Notes: generated from the sequence alone by a model not told the origin. Numbered from the stretch's first letter, positions 1-10,571 are shown. The stretch: DNA of 13,561 bases from an uncultured Deinococcales bacterium (GCA_964244895.1 CAXTKV010000149.1:1-13561); one strand, 5' to 3'. Made by a program: numbers and translations.

Positions 1-1170
1 ATTCTCCTCTCCAAAAAACGCGATTCAGCGCGACCCGCGTTCGTGTATCACCGCGTGCAATCCGGCGACACGTTGAGCGGCATCGCGGCGCGTTACGACG
101 TGACGGCTCGAGCCGTAAAAATTGCGTCTGGCATCACCCGCGACGACCTGAAACCGGGCGAATTGCTGCGCGTTCCGGTCGTGCAGGCTGAACTCGAACG
201 CGCCAGTCGAATGCCGCTCGGCGTGCGCGTTCACACCGTCCGACGCGGTGAAACCCTCTCCGAGATTGAGCAGCGCTACGGCGTCACGCGGCTGGAACTG
301 ATTTCAGCCAATCCGGGCATCCGAAGCATGGATCGTCTGGCGTCCGGTACGGAACTGTTCGTCCCGACCGCGCACAAGGGCTTGATTTTGCGCCTGGCCG
401 ATGGTCAGACGCTGCTGGACTTGGCCTCGAGCTACGGCGTGCCCTTGACCACGATGGTCAGCGTCAACGGCCTGAGCGACCCGCGCCAGGTGGTGGCGGG
501 CGATTACGTGATGATTCCCGGCGTGCGCGCCTCGAGCGCCCTGCAACGGCTCGAGGCAAAACGCGCCGCCGAACTGGCCGCACTCGAGCAGGCGCGGGCA
601 GCGGCGGAAGCCAAACGTCGGGCCGCCCTCGAGGAAGCCCGCAAGCAACGCGACGAGCAGGCCAAGCTCGAGGCTGCGCAGGCCGCCCAGGTCAGCAAGC
701 GCGACGCGCTTCGCGCCCGGCAACGGGCCAGCATCGCACGGGTTCAACGCGCCGCTGTCTACTCCCGGCCCGTCCAGGACACGGGTGGTGGCGGCTACGC
801 CTGGCCAATGCGGAGCTTCCAGATCACGTCCGGGTACGGCTACCGAGGCTTCTGGATCGGCGGCAGTAACTTTCACACGGGCATCGACCTGGCCGCGCCC
901 ATCGGCACGCCGATCTACGCGGCCCGTTCGGGAACGGTTTTCGAGGCCGGTTACGGGTATTTCGGTCTGGATGTGCGCGTCGCCACCGGCGATGGTGTGG
1001 TCAACATTTACGGCCACATGAGCCGCCTGGCGGTCGTATCCGGCCAGTTCGTCTCGAGGGGCGATCTGATCGGTCTCGTGGGTTGCTCCGGCATCTGTAC
1101 CGGGCCGCACCTGCATTTTGAGGTTCAGGTGGATGGACGCCCGAGCAACCCGATGCGATACCTGCCCTGA
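1..1170 (+). CDS. LysM-repeat / M23 (LytM-type) peptidoglycan endopeptidase, probably 5'-truncated by the window edge
   Basis: Frame 1 is open from base 1 (ILLSKKRDSARPAFVYHRV...), so the GTG at 43 is probably not the true start. Three LysM-like repeats (HRVQSGDTLSGIAARY, HTVRRGETLSEIEQRYGV, ADGQTLLDLASSYGV), an Ala/Glu/Arg coiled coil, then M23 zinc motifs HTGID, YGHM and GPHLHFEV. Stop TGA at 1168-1170. Confidence 0.92.
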   Translation: MLLSKKRDSARPAFVYHRVQSGDTLSGIAARYDVTARAVKIASGITRDDLKPGELLRVPVVQAELERASRMPLGVRVHTVRRGETLSEIEQRYGVTRLELISANPGIRSMDRLASGTELFVPTAHKGLILRLADGQTLLDLASSYGVPLTTMVSVNGLSDPRQVVAGDYVMIPGVRASSALQRLEAKRAAELAALEQARAAAEAKRRAALEEARKQRDEQAKLEAAQAAQVSKRDALRARQRASIARVQRAAVYSRPVQDTGGGGYAWPMRSFQITSGYGYRGFWIGGSNFHTGIDLAAPIGTPIYAARSGTVFEAGYGYFGLDVRVATGDGVVNIYGHMSRLAVVSGQFVSRGDLIGLVGCSGICTGPHLHFEVQVDGRPSNPMRYLP

Positions 1171-1174
1171 ACCT

Positions 1175-1221
1175 GACACAAAAGAGAAACACCGTCCAGA
1201 ACGGTGTTTCTCTTTTGTGTC
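1175..1221. terminator. Perfect 21-bp stem hairpin right after the M23 gene, likely a terminator; overlaps palindromic repeat copy 1
   Basis: GACACAAAAGAGAAACACCGT (1175-1195), loop CCAGA, ACGGTGTTTCTCTTTTGTGTC (1201-1221), beginning 4 nt after the stop codon. Confidence 0.6.
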
Positions 1222-1236
1222 CCGGATGGTCTTCTC
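1184..1236 (+). repeat. Intergenic palindromic (REP-like) element, copy 1
   Basis: GAGAAACACCGTCCAGAAC...GTCCCGGATGGTCTTCTC matches both arms of the family consensus. Confidence 0.75.
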
Positions 1237-1326
1237 GCGTGTACCTCTCGGCAAAGATGGCGCGCATCTTCAACCGCGCAGGGAACGTCTCTGGATTTGC
1301 CGGCGGCGTTGGTCGAACCCGTATCC

Positions 1327-1380
1327 CTCGAGAACATCGTTCAGCGCGCGAATTCAAGAGTGCGTGCTGGACGGTCTTTT
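1327..1380 (+). repeat. Intergenic palindromic element, copy 2
   Basis: CTCGAGAACATCGTTCAGCGCGC-GAATTCAAGAGT-GCGTGCTGGACGGTCTTTT. Confidence 0.8.
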
Positions 1381-1393
1381 GGTGGGGTGCACG

Positions 1394-1427
1394 AAAAGGC
1401 TGGGCTCGAGCATGCTCGAGCCCAGCC
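1394..1427 (-). terminator. Rho-independent terminator of gyrA
   Basis: Perfect 30-bp palindrome GGCTGGGCTCGAGCATGCTCGAGCCCAGCC (1398-1427) followed on the minus strand by TTTT (1397-1394), 15 nt past the gyrA stop. Confidence 0.75.
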
Positions 1428-1442
1428 GCACGAACCCAAACC

Positions 1443-3890
1443 TTAGAGCGATTCTTCCTGGCGCACGGGGAACGCGGCGATGACCTGATCGTTCTCGCCG
1501 ATGCGCATGACCTTGACGCCCTGACTGGATCGTCCGTACATGTTGATGTCCTCAACGCGCGTGCGGATGGCCACACCGTTGGCGGAGAGCACCATCAGTT
1601 CCTCGTCGCCGCGCACGACCTCGAGCGAGACCAGGTTGCCGGTCTTGTCGGTCGTCTTGAGGGTGATTACGCCCTGACCGCCGCGCCCCTGGATGGGGTA
1701 TTCGGTGGCGGGGGTGCGCTTGCCGTACCCGTTCTGTGAGACGGCCAGCAGTTCGGCGGTGTTGAACTCGTTCGGCGTCAGGATCGCCATGGATACGACC
1801 TCGTCGCCGCGACCCTGAGGGTCGGAGCGAAGGCGAATGCCGATCACGCCCTGCGTGGCGCGGCCCGTGGCGCGCACGTCATCTTCGGTGAAGCGGATCG
1901 ACTGGCCTTCGCGGGTGGACAACACGACGTGATCGCCCGCGTTCAGGCACGAGACTTCGATCAGATCGTCGCCCTCGACCAGGTTGATGGCGATCAAGCC
2001 CGCCGCGTTCATGTTGGCGTATTCCTTGATTTCGGTTTTCTTGATGATCCCCAGGCGCGTGCAGAAGACGAACGAGCCCTCCTGGTCGAGGTTCTTGATC
2101 GAGAGGATCGATTTCACCTGCTCGTCGTCGGTCAAGGGCAGGACGTTCTTGAGGTGCGCGCCCTTGGCGTCGCGTCCGGCTTCGGGCAGCTCGAAGATTT
2201 TCTCGCGGTAGACGCGACCGCGATCGGTGAAGAACAGCAAATAATCGTGGGTGCTGCCGACCAGCAGGTTGGTGTTGGCGTCTTCGTCGCGCAATTTTCC
2301 GCTGTTCGAGCCGCGTCCGCCGCGACCCTGGGCGCGGTACGCCTCCAGGGTGGTGCGTTTGATGTACCCGGCCTTGGTGACCGTGATGACCATGTCCTCG
2401 ACCGCGATCAGGTCTTCCTTGTTGATGTCATCCGCCAGGTCGGTGATGACGGTGCGGCGTTCGTCGCCGTACTTGTCGCGGATGTGGCGGATTTCTTTTT
2501 TGATCTCGTTCCAGAGTTTGCGCTCGTCGCCCAGGATCGCCTCGAGCATGCCGATGTGCTCCATCAGCTCGCGGTATTCCTCGGAAAGCTTGTCGCGTTG
2601 CAACCCGGTCAGCGACTGTAGGCGCATGTCCAGGATGGCTTGCGCCTGAATTTCGGTGAAAGCGAAGCGCGCCATCAGCGCGTCTCGGGCCTCGGCAGCG
2701 CCCTGCGAAGCGCGGATGATCGTGATGATCTCGTCGATGTTGTCCTGCGCGATCAGCAAACCTTCCAGGATGTGGGCGCGCGCGCGGCTCTTTTTCAGGT
2801 CGTAGACCGTGCGGCGCGTGGTGACATCGCGGCGGTGCGCCAGGTAGTACTGCATGGCGTCCTTGATCGGCAGGACTTTCGGTGTGCCACCCACGATGGA
2901 CAGGTTGATGATCGTGAAGCTGGACTGGAGTTGCGTGAACTTGTAGAGCTGGTTCAGCACCAGCTCCGGCAGCGTGCCGCGCTTGAGTTCGATCACGATG
3001 CGCACGGGTTGCGTGCGGTCGGACTCGTCGCGCAGGGCTGAAATGTCGGGAATCTTGTCTTCACGGGCCATCGCGGCGATGGTCTTGATGAAGTTTTCCT
3101 TGTTGACCTGGTACGGGATCTCGTTGATCACGATCTGGGAGCGGCCCTTGTTCTCTTCGATCCTCACCTTACCGCGCACGCGCAGCGTCCCCTGGCCGGT
3201 CGAGTAGGCTTCCGCGATGCCTTTCTTGCCGAGCCGTCCGCCGGTCGGGAAGTCCGGCCCCGGCACGATCTTCATGATGTCTTCCAGGGTGGCGTCCGGG
3301 TTTTCGATCAAGAGCAGCAGCGCCTCGCAGATTTCGCGCAGGTTGTGGGGCGGGATGTTGGTGGCCATGCCGACCGCGATGCCGGTCGCGCCGTTGACCA
3401 GGAGGTTCGGGAAGGCCGAGGGCAGGACGGTCGGTTCCTCGGTGGTCTCGTCGTAGTTGGTTTTCAGGTCGACTGTTTCAGATTCGATGTTCTCGAGCAT
3501 CAATTCCGAGAGGTGCGTCATGCGGGCTTCGGTGTAGCGCATGGCGGCGGCGGGGTCGCCGTCCAGGGAGCCGAAGTTGCCCTGGCCGTCCACCAGCATG
3601 TAGCGCAGGCTCCAGGGTTGCGCCAGGCGCACCATCGCGTCGTAGATCGGGCTGTCGCCGTGCGGGTGGTACTTTTTCATGACCTCGCCGACGACGGCGG
3701 CGGATTTCATGTGCTTCTTGCCGGGCGCGAGTCCCAGATCCTGGTACATGGCGTACAGGATGCGGCGTTGCACGGGTTTCAGGCCATCTCGCACGTCCGG
3801 TAGCGCGCGGTCCACGATGACGGACATGGCGTAGTTGATGAAGGCGGTCTTGACTTCGGTGGTGATCTCTGCGGGGATGATGTTGGACAA
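1443..3890 (-). CDS. gyrA: DNA gyrase subunit A (815 aa from a TTG start at 3890)
   Basis: Motifs [23 protein letters not shown], catalytic AAMRYTEAR, a GyrA-box-like QGRGGRG and C-terminal beta-pinwheel repeats. The ORF-track extension to 4163 is non-homologous. GGAGG (3901-3897) lies 6 nt upstream of the TTG, giving [13 protein letters not shown]. Confidence 0.97.
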   Translation of the reverse strand: MSNIIPAEITTEVKTAFINYAMSVIVDRALPDVRDGLKPVQRRILYAMYQDLGLAPGKKHMKSAAVVGEVMKKYHPHGDSPIYDAMVRLAQPWSLRYMLVDGQGNFGSLDGDPAAAMRYTEARMTHLSELMLENIESETVDLKTNYDETTEEPTVLPSAFPNLLVNGATGIAVGMATNIPPHNLREICEALLLLIENPDATLEDIMKIVPGPDFPTGGRLGKKGIAEAYSTGQGTLRVRGKVRIEENKGRSQIVINEIPYQVNKENFIKTIAAMAREDKIPDISALRDESDRTQPVRIVIELKRGTLPELVLNQLYKFTQLQSSFTIINLSIVGGTPKVLPIKDAMQYYLAHRRDVTTRRTVYDLKKSRARAHILEGLLIAQDNIDEIITIIRASQGAAEARDALMARFAFTEIQAQAILDMRLQSLTGLQRDKLSEEYRELMEHIGMLEAILGDERKLWNEIKKEIRHIRDKYGDERRTVITDLADDINKEDLIAVEDMVITVTKAGYIKRTTLEAYRAQGRGGRGSNSGKLRDEDANTNLLVGSTHDYLLFFTDRGRVYREKIFELPEAGRDAKGAHLKNVLPLTDDEQVKSILSIKNLDQEGSFVFCTRLGIIKKTEIKEYANMNAAGLIAINLVEGDDLIEVSCLNAGDHVVLSTREGQSIRFTEDDVRATGRATQGVIGIRLRSDPQGRGDEVVSMAILTPNEFNTAELLAVSQNGYGKRTPATEYPIQGRGGQGVITLKTTDKTGNLVSLEVVRGDEELMVLSANGVAIRTRVEDINMYGRSSQGVKVMRIGENDQVIAAFPVRQEESL

Positions 3891-3990
3891 GGAATTCCTC
3901 CGTTTCTGTCTTTGGCCTCGCTGCGAAGCGAGGTGCGTGCGGGGATGTTCAGGAAAAGGGCGAGCGGTCGGCTCGCCGGAATCTGCGTGC

Positions 3991-4019
3991 AGTATAGCAT
4001 TTTCGATCAGATTACGCAA
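3991..4019 (-). promoter_or_regulatory. Sigma70/SigA-type promoter of gyrA
   Basis: Minus strand TTGCGT (4019-4014), 17 nt, TATACT (3996-3991), with an extended -10 TG (TGcTATACT). Confidence 0.75.
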
Positions 4020-4028
4020 ATAACAGAA
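4012..4028. promoter_or_regulatory. RDRM (DdrO operator)-like 17-bp palindrome overlapping the gyrA -35 box
   Basis: TTACGCAAATAACAGAA (reverse complement TTCTGTTATTTGCGTAA) fits the Deinococcus RDRM pattern TT(A/C)(T/C)G-N7-C(A/G)(T/G)AA. gyrA is an established member of that regulon. Confidence 0.78.
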
Positions 4029-4063
4029 CGAAATCCGCATCATCTCGAGCCATCGGGTTTTCT

Positions 4064-4126
4064 CTCGAGAACGCCGTCCAGCACGGCGTTCCTGCGCCCC
4101 GATAATCTGCGTGCTGGACGATCTTC
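4064..4126 (+). repeat. Intergenic palindromic element, copy 3
   Basis: CTCGAGAACGCCGTCCAGCACG...TGCGTGCTGGACGATCTTC. Confidence 0.8.
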
Positions 4127-4232
4127 GCTTTCCGGGTTGCCGCGCTCGAGTCGTCGCACCCAACCGACCCGCGCGAACCGAGCTTCGGCTCGAATCCCGA
4201 GCCGGATTTCGACTTCACGGCGCACCCGAAAT

Positions 4233-4254
4233 AGCTTCACGCCAGCTTCACGCC
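4233..4254 (+). repeat. 11-bp tandem direct repeat upstream of htrA (possible regulator site)
   Basis: AGCTTCACGCC x2, with a further CTTCACG at 4213, 22 nt before the first repeat's CTTCACG. Confidence 0.5.
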
Positions 4255-4412
4255 GAACGCAAAAAATGCGTCCAGTGCGGTTTCTCACCGCCTCGAACCT
4301 CACATTCTCATGTCTGGTCACCAGAATAACGGTGTCGGTCTCTGAAAAAGAGGACAATGCCGGATCAGTACGACCCAACACCACGCCCAGCGCGTGAGGA
4401 GGAACACCGAAC

Positions 4413-5705
4413 ATGAAAAACCGTGTGCTCGCCATCGCCCTCGTCTTCGTAGCGCTGTTCGGCGCGGCCTTCTTGTACCAGCGCCTCGAACCACCCACCA
4501 CCAGCGCACAGGATGCCGGCGCGAACGCACCAACCGCCACCCAACCCGGCACCAGCGCTGCGGCACCGTCCACGGCGAGCAACAATTTCAACTACGGACG
4601 CGCCAAGCTCGAGAACGAACGCAACACCATCGAAGTCGCCAACCTCTACGACTCGAGCATCGCCTTCATCAGCGCCGAAACGCGCACCGTGGCGGCCCAG
4701 TGCGACCCGAACGACATCTTCTGCCAGTTCCAGCAGCAGCAGGGCCAGGGCGTTCAGGGCGGCACGGGCTCGGGCTTCGTGATCGACGACACGGGCTTGA
4801 TCCTGACCAACAACCACGTCGTGACCCTGGAATCCGATTCGGTCGCCACCAAACTGAGCGTGCGCTTTCACAACGATCCGCGCACCTACCCCGCCAAGGT
4901 CGTGGGGCGCACGCCCGCCTACGACGTGGCGCTGATCAAAGTCGACGCGCCCGGCAAGGTCTTCAAGCCCGTCAGTCTGGGCGACAGCGACCAGGTGCGC
5001 GTCGGCCAGAAAGCCATCGCCATGGGCAACCCGTTCGGACTGGCCTTCAGCGTCACCGAGGGCATCATTTCCGCCACCGGGCGCGACTTCCGGGGCACGG
5101 ACAACCTGGCGCAGAACGTCATCCAGACGGATGCCGCAGTCAACCCCGGCAACTCGGGCGGGCCGCTCCTGAACTCCTCCGGCGAGGTCATCGGCATCAA
5201 CACCGCCATCGCCAGCCCCGCCACGGGCGGCGGCCAGGGACAGTTCGCGGGCATCGCTTTCGCCGTGCCGATCAACCTGGTCAAACGCGTGTTGCCCGAC
5301 CTGAAAGCGGGCAAGGTGCTGGATCGCAGTTCCGTCTTGAACAACCGCCCGCGACTGGGCGTGCGGCTCGCGCCGCTGTCGCTGTACACCAGCGATATTC
5401 TCTCCAAGAACAACCTGCCCAGTGAGGGCGTGATGGTCGAGAGCGTCGAAAAAGGCAGCCCCGCCGAGCGCGCCGGACTGAAAGGCGCGAGCAAGTTCGC
5501 TGAGACCCCGTCGGGTTCCTTGCCCGTCAATGGCGACGTGATCACCGGCGTCAACGGCAAACCGGTCGGTGAAATCAGCGAGCTTCAGGGTCTGGTCGCC
5601 AACCTGAATCCCGGCGACGAGATCAGCCTGAGCGTCCGGCGCGACGGCAAGGACATCGAACTGAAATCCAAGGTCGAGATCATTCCCGCACCGACCACGC
5701 GCTGA
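4413..5705 (+). CDS. htrA: HtrA/DegP-family serine protease, N-terminal membrane anchor/signal, one PDZ domain
   Basis: RBS GAGGAGG upstream and a hydrophobic N-terminus. Motifs GTGSGFVI, TNNHVV (His), DVALIK (Asp), IQTDAAVNPGNSGG (Ser), then a C-terminal PDZ (PRLGV...GSPAERAGL...GDVI). Confidence 0.95.
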   Translation: MKNRVLAIALVFVALFGAAFLYQRLEPPTTSAQDAGANAPTATQPGTSAAAPSTASNNFNYGRAKLENERNTIEVANLYDSSIAFISAETRTVAAQCDPNDIFCQFQQQQGQGVQGGTGSGFVIDDTGLILTNNHVVTLESDSVATKLSVRFHNDPRTYPAKVVGRTPAYDVALIKVDAPGKVFKPVSLGDSDQVRVGQKAIAMGNPFGLAFSVTEGIISATGRDFRGTDNLAQNVIQTDAAVNPGNSGGPLLNSSGEVIGINTAIASPATGGGQGQFAGIAFAVPINLVKRVLPDLKAGKVLDRSSVLNNRPRLGVRLAPLSLYTSDILSKNNLPSEGVMVESVEKGSPAERAGLKGASKFAETPSGSLPVNGDVITGVNGKPVGEISELQGLVANLNPGDEISLSVRRDGKDIELKSKVEIIPAPTTR

Positions 5706-5714
5706 GCGCTGAGT

Positions 5715-5768
5715 CCGTCCCACACGCGATTCTCGAGAGATCAAGAGATGCGTGTGGGACGGTCTTTT
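5715..5768 (+). repeat. Intergenic palindromic element, copy 4 (possible htrA terminator)
   Basis: CCGTCCCACACGC...GCGTGTGGGACGG forms a perfect 13-bp stem, followed by TCTTTT, 9 nt after the htrA stop. Confidence 0.8.
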
Positions 5769-5873
5769 AACGCTGATCTCGGATTGAAATCGCGCGTTAG
5801 CCTCCGAAACTCGAATCTCGTGACTCACTGAGGTCTGGGAACCGTTTCTCTCGAGGGTTCAAACTCGTGTTAC

Positions 5874-5932
5874 CTCGAGAATACCGTCCTGGACAGCCCC
5901 AGAGCGCTCGAGCGGCGGGCAGGATGGGCTTC
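5874..5932 (+). repeat. Intergenic palindromic element, copy 5 (degenerate)
   Basis: CTCGAGAATACCGTCCTGGAC...GCAGGATGGGCTTC. Confidence 0.55.
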
Positions 5933-5977
5933 CAAATTTCTCACCGCGCTCAACAAGCCGCCACGTATCGTATTGCC

Positions 5978-8062
5978 GTGAGGATTTCCAAGAAAACCGT
6001 CCGCCAGCTCGCCCTTCTCGGGGCGCTCTTCTCGGGTTTCGGCGCGGCCAACGCCGAACGCATCGCCCTGAAACTCTTCGATACGGACGACAACGCCCTG
6101 CGCGTCGCCCTGCCCGCCGCGATCACTCGCGCGCTCGAAAGCATCGACGGGGTGATCATTCCGCCACCGACGGAGGTGGCCGCGTACCTGGTCAGCAAAC
6201 CGCAGGACGAATCCAAACTGATTCAGATCTTCGACCTGGACGCGACCGTGGACGGACGACTCGACGGGCAGGTGGGCGATTACACCCTCAAGCTGACCGT
6301 CAACATGGATGGCAAGGACTCGAGCGCGACCGTCAAGGGCAAGGACTTCGCGGCCCTGGTGAGCGCCGCCGATGCTGCCGTGATCAAACTCGTCGGCATC
6401 AAAGCCACCAGCGACGACGCCACCAAACTGAGCGCGGTCGAACGCGCCCTGCCCAGCGCAGACATCGCCGCGACCGCCGCGACCGCCGCCGACGCGACCA
6501 GCCTGCCCGCCCTCGAGAAAGCCGGAGACAACGCCTGGGCGCTCGCGGTGCGCGGCCTGGTGCTGGCCCAGACCAGCAAGCCCGCCGACGGCCTGCCGAT
6601 CGCGGTGCGGGCCGCCAAGCTCGCGCCGCTGGATGTCAACGTCCAGGTCATGTGCGCCGCCACGCAGGTGCTGGCGGGCAAACCTGCCGACGCGAAACCG
6701 CTGTTGGATGCGGCGCTGAAATTGAACGCCGCCAAACCCGAAGCGCATTACCTGACGGGATTGGTGATCTTGCGCACCGCCGCCACCGTCGATCAGAAAG
6801 TCCTGCGCGATGCCGGAGAAGCGTTCGTGCGCGCGCTCCAGTACAACCCCAGACTGGTCGAGGCGGGCCTGGGATTGGCGGACGTGCAAGTGCGGTTGGG
6901 CAATCCGGCGGCGGCTCAACGCACGCTCGGATCGCTGGTGCAGCGCATGCCCGAAGAATTCCGTCTGCACGAACGCCTGCTGACCTTGCTCCTTCAGGAC
7001 AATAAAGACGATGCAGCGCGTTACCTGCGCGAGGTTGTCCGGCAACTCCCGGACGTGCCGGAAAGCGTGTACGCGCTGGCCGGACGGTTGTTCGATACCG
7101 GCGTCGGGCTGGACATCGTTCAAGCTGGCGAGACGAAATACCCGACGAGTGCGGCGCTGGCGGTCGTGCGCGGCCAACTGCTCGAACGCCAGGGCGCGTA
7201 CGAGGACGCCGTCAAAGCCTACAAGCTCGCCCTCGAGCGGGACGCCAAGCTCGAGCGGGCCAGCATCGCGCTCGCCGGGTCGCTGGCCAAACTCGGGCGT
7301 TACGACGAGGCCGAAGCGGCGGTTTCGCGCACGCAGGCCGCCAAAAACGGCCCGAAAGTCCTGGTGCGAATGTACCTCCAGGCGGGCCGACTCGAGAAAG
7401 CCACCGCCGCGCTGGCGGGACTGAACCCAGCCACCGACCCGGAAGTCTCGTACCTTCAGGGCGTGCTGGCGCTGCGCGACGGACGCTTCGACGACGCCCA
7501 AAAGGCCTTCGATGCCGCCATCAAACAGAAGCCCGATTACGCCCAGGCGAAACTCGCCGTGACCGAGATCGGCGATGCGCGGCGCATCGGAGTGCCGAAA
7601 CTCAGCGGTGACGCGCAATTCCGCTACCGGCTCGGGCAGGCCGCGATGGATTCCGGCAACCCGCTCGAAGCCGTGACCGCCCTCCGAGCGGCGCTCAAGC
7701 TCGCGCCGGATACCGCTCAGGCGAGCTTCCTGCTGGGCGTGGCGCTGTTCGAATCCGGTCAGGCCGACGACGCCATCGATGCTTTCCAGGCCGCAATCAA
7801 GGGCCTGCCGAACAACGTGGTCGTGCTGACCAACATCGGTGTGGCCTACCTCGAGGTCGGACGCTTCGACCTGGCGCTCGAGAACTGCACCAAGGCCACC
7901 CAGGCGGACGCCAAGTACGCGCGCGGCTGGTATTTTCTGGGTGTGACCAACTTTCAGCTCGGTTACGCCGCCCCCGCCAGAGACGCATTTTTGAAGGCCA
8001 TCGGGCTGGATTCCGGGTTGAAGAACGAGATTCAGCCGTACCTGAACGCCCTGCCCAAATAA
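5978..8062 (+). CDS. Secreted tetratricopeptide-repeat (TPR) protein, 694 aa
   Basis: GTG at 5978, preceded by TATCGT-N6, gives MRISKKTVRQLALLGALFSGFGAANA|ER, a Sec signal with an A-N-A cleavage site. Many TPR repeats follow (e.g. AHYLTGLV, ALQYNP, YLQGVLALRDGRFDDAQKAFDAAIKQKPDY, NIGVAYLEVGRFDLA). Confidence 0.88.
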   Translation: MRISKKTVRQLALLGALFSGFGAANAERIALKLFDTDDNALRVALPAAITRALESIDGVIIPPPTEVAAYLVSKPQDESKLIQIFDLDATVDGRLDGQVGDYTLKLTVNMDGKDSSATVKGKDFAALVSAADAAVIKLVGIKATSDDATKLSAVERALPSADIAATAATAADATSLPALEKAGDNAWALAVRGLVLAQTSKPADGLPIAVRAAKLAPLDVNVQVMCAATQVLAGKPADAKPLLDAALKLNAAKPEAHYLTGLVILRTAATVDQKVLRDAGEAFVRALQYNPRLVEAGLGLADVQVRLGNPAAAQRTLGSLVQRMPEEFRLHERLLTLLLQDNKDDAARYLREVVRQLPDVPESVYALAGRLFDTGVGLDIVQAGETKYPTSAALAVVRGQLLERQGAYEDAVKAYKLALERDAKLERASIALAGSLAKLGRYDEAEAAVSRTQAAKNGPKVLVRMYLQAGRLEKATAALAGLNPATDPEVSYLQGVLALRDGRFDDAQKAFDAAIKQKPDYAQAKLAVTEIGDARRIGVPKLSGDAQFRYRLGQAAMDSGNPLEAVTALRAALKLAPDTAQASFLLGVALFESGQADDAIDAFQAAIKGLPNNVVVLTNIGVAYLEVGRFDLALENCTKATQADAKYARGWYFLGVTNFQLGYAAPARDAFLKAIGLDSGLKNEIQPYLNALPK

Positions 8063-8205
8063 AGGTTCTGCCCGGAGCATGGAGTTCGCGCCGAGGTTCG
8101 GCGTGAATCCCGAGAAATGGTGACAGCGCGAAAGCGAAGATCAAGGCTGCCCAGCGCCTCAGGCGGGCTCGGACGAACTTCATTTTCGCGGGAAGTTCGA
8201 TGATC

Positions 8206-8267
8206 GAGCGAAGAACACCGTCCGGGACAGGGTTCTAAATCCGCGTCCTGGACGGTGTTCTTCGCTC
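8206..8267. repeat. Intergenic palindromic element, copy 6 (symmetric), between convergent genes
   Basis: GAGCGAAGAACACCGTCCGGGAC-N16-GTCCTGGACGGTGTTCTTCGCTC forms a 23-bp stem with one G-T pair. Confidence 0.85.
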
Positions 8268-8336
8268 TCGACGAGGAATGTATGTCCGTTCTGAGCGCTC
8301 GCGATACCGAGCCGCCTTTCACCTGCGGGCACGGTT

Positions 8337-10391
<2,055 letters not shown>

Positions 10392-10397
10392 GCGTTG

Positions 10398-10403
10398 AGG
10401 CTA
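10398..10403 (-). promoter_or_regulatory. -10 hexamer of a putative leaderless promoter (YyaL-like gene)
   Basis: Minus strand TAGCCT-caacgc-ATG. Confidence 0.6.
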
Positions 10404-10438
10404 CACGCAACGCGCGGGGCGCGTGTACCAGTCCTTAA

Positions 10439-10490
10439 GAGAACACCGTCCAGGACGCGAGTTACGGCGTGCGTACCGGACGGTCTTCTC
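10439..10490 (+). repeat. Intergenic palindromic element, copy 7, between divergent genes
   Basis: GAGAACACCGTCCAGGACGC-GAGTTACGGCGT-GCGTACCGGACGGTCTTCTC. Confidence 0.85.
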
Positions 10491-10559
10491 GTGATTGCTC
10501 TCCGCGCTCGCTCGAGACGACCCGGCTGGACACCCTTTCCGAGTTGCGCGCGCATCGCT

Positions 10560-10565
10560 TAGAGT
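10560..10565 (+). promoter_or_regulatory. -10 hexamer of a putative leaderless promoter (PPIase gene)
   Basis: TAGAGT-tcgggt-ATG, with no Shine-Dalgarno sequence. Confidence 0.6.
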
Positions 10566-10571
10566 TCGGGT

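Noticed and set aside
1240..1326. tRNA or c-di-GMP riboswitch in the convergent gap
   Set aside because: Only short stems are present, with no T-loop/cloverleaf and no GEMM consensus.
1184..4126. Specific functional link between the repeats and gyrA (BIME-gyrase analogy)
   Set aside because: Copies are equally present at all other intergenic gaps, so proximity to gyrA is uninformative.
3891..4163. 91-aa N-terminal extension of GyrA in the ORF track
   Set aside because: It has no GyrA-like sequence and spans the promoter, the RDRM and a repeat copy. A good RBS precedes TTG 3890.
5867..5977. Upstream start for the TPR ORF
   Set aside because: It runs through repeat copy 5. The signal peptide and -10 spacing support GTG 5978.
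4365..8080. Long antisense ORFs (4365-5828, 5870-8080) and similar shadow ORFs over gyrA, the M23 gene and the YyaL-like gene
   Set aside because: These are typical stop-poor antisense frames of high-GC genes and have no recognisable motifs.
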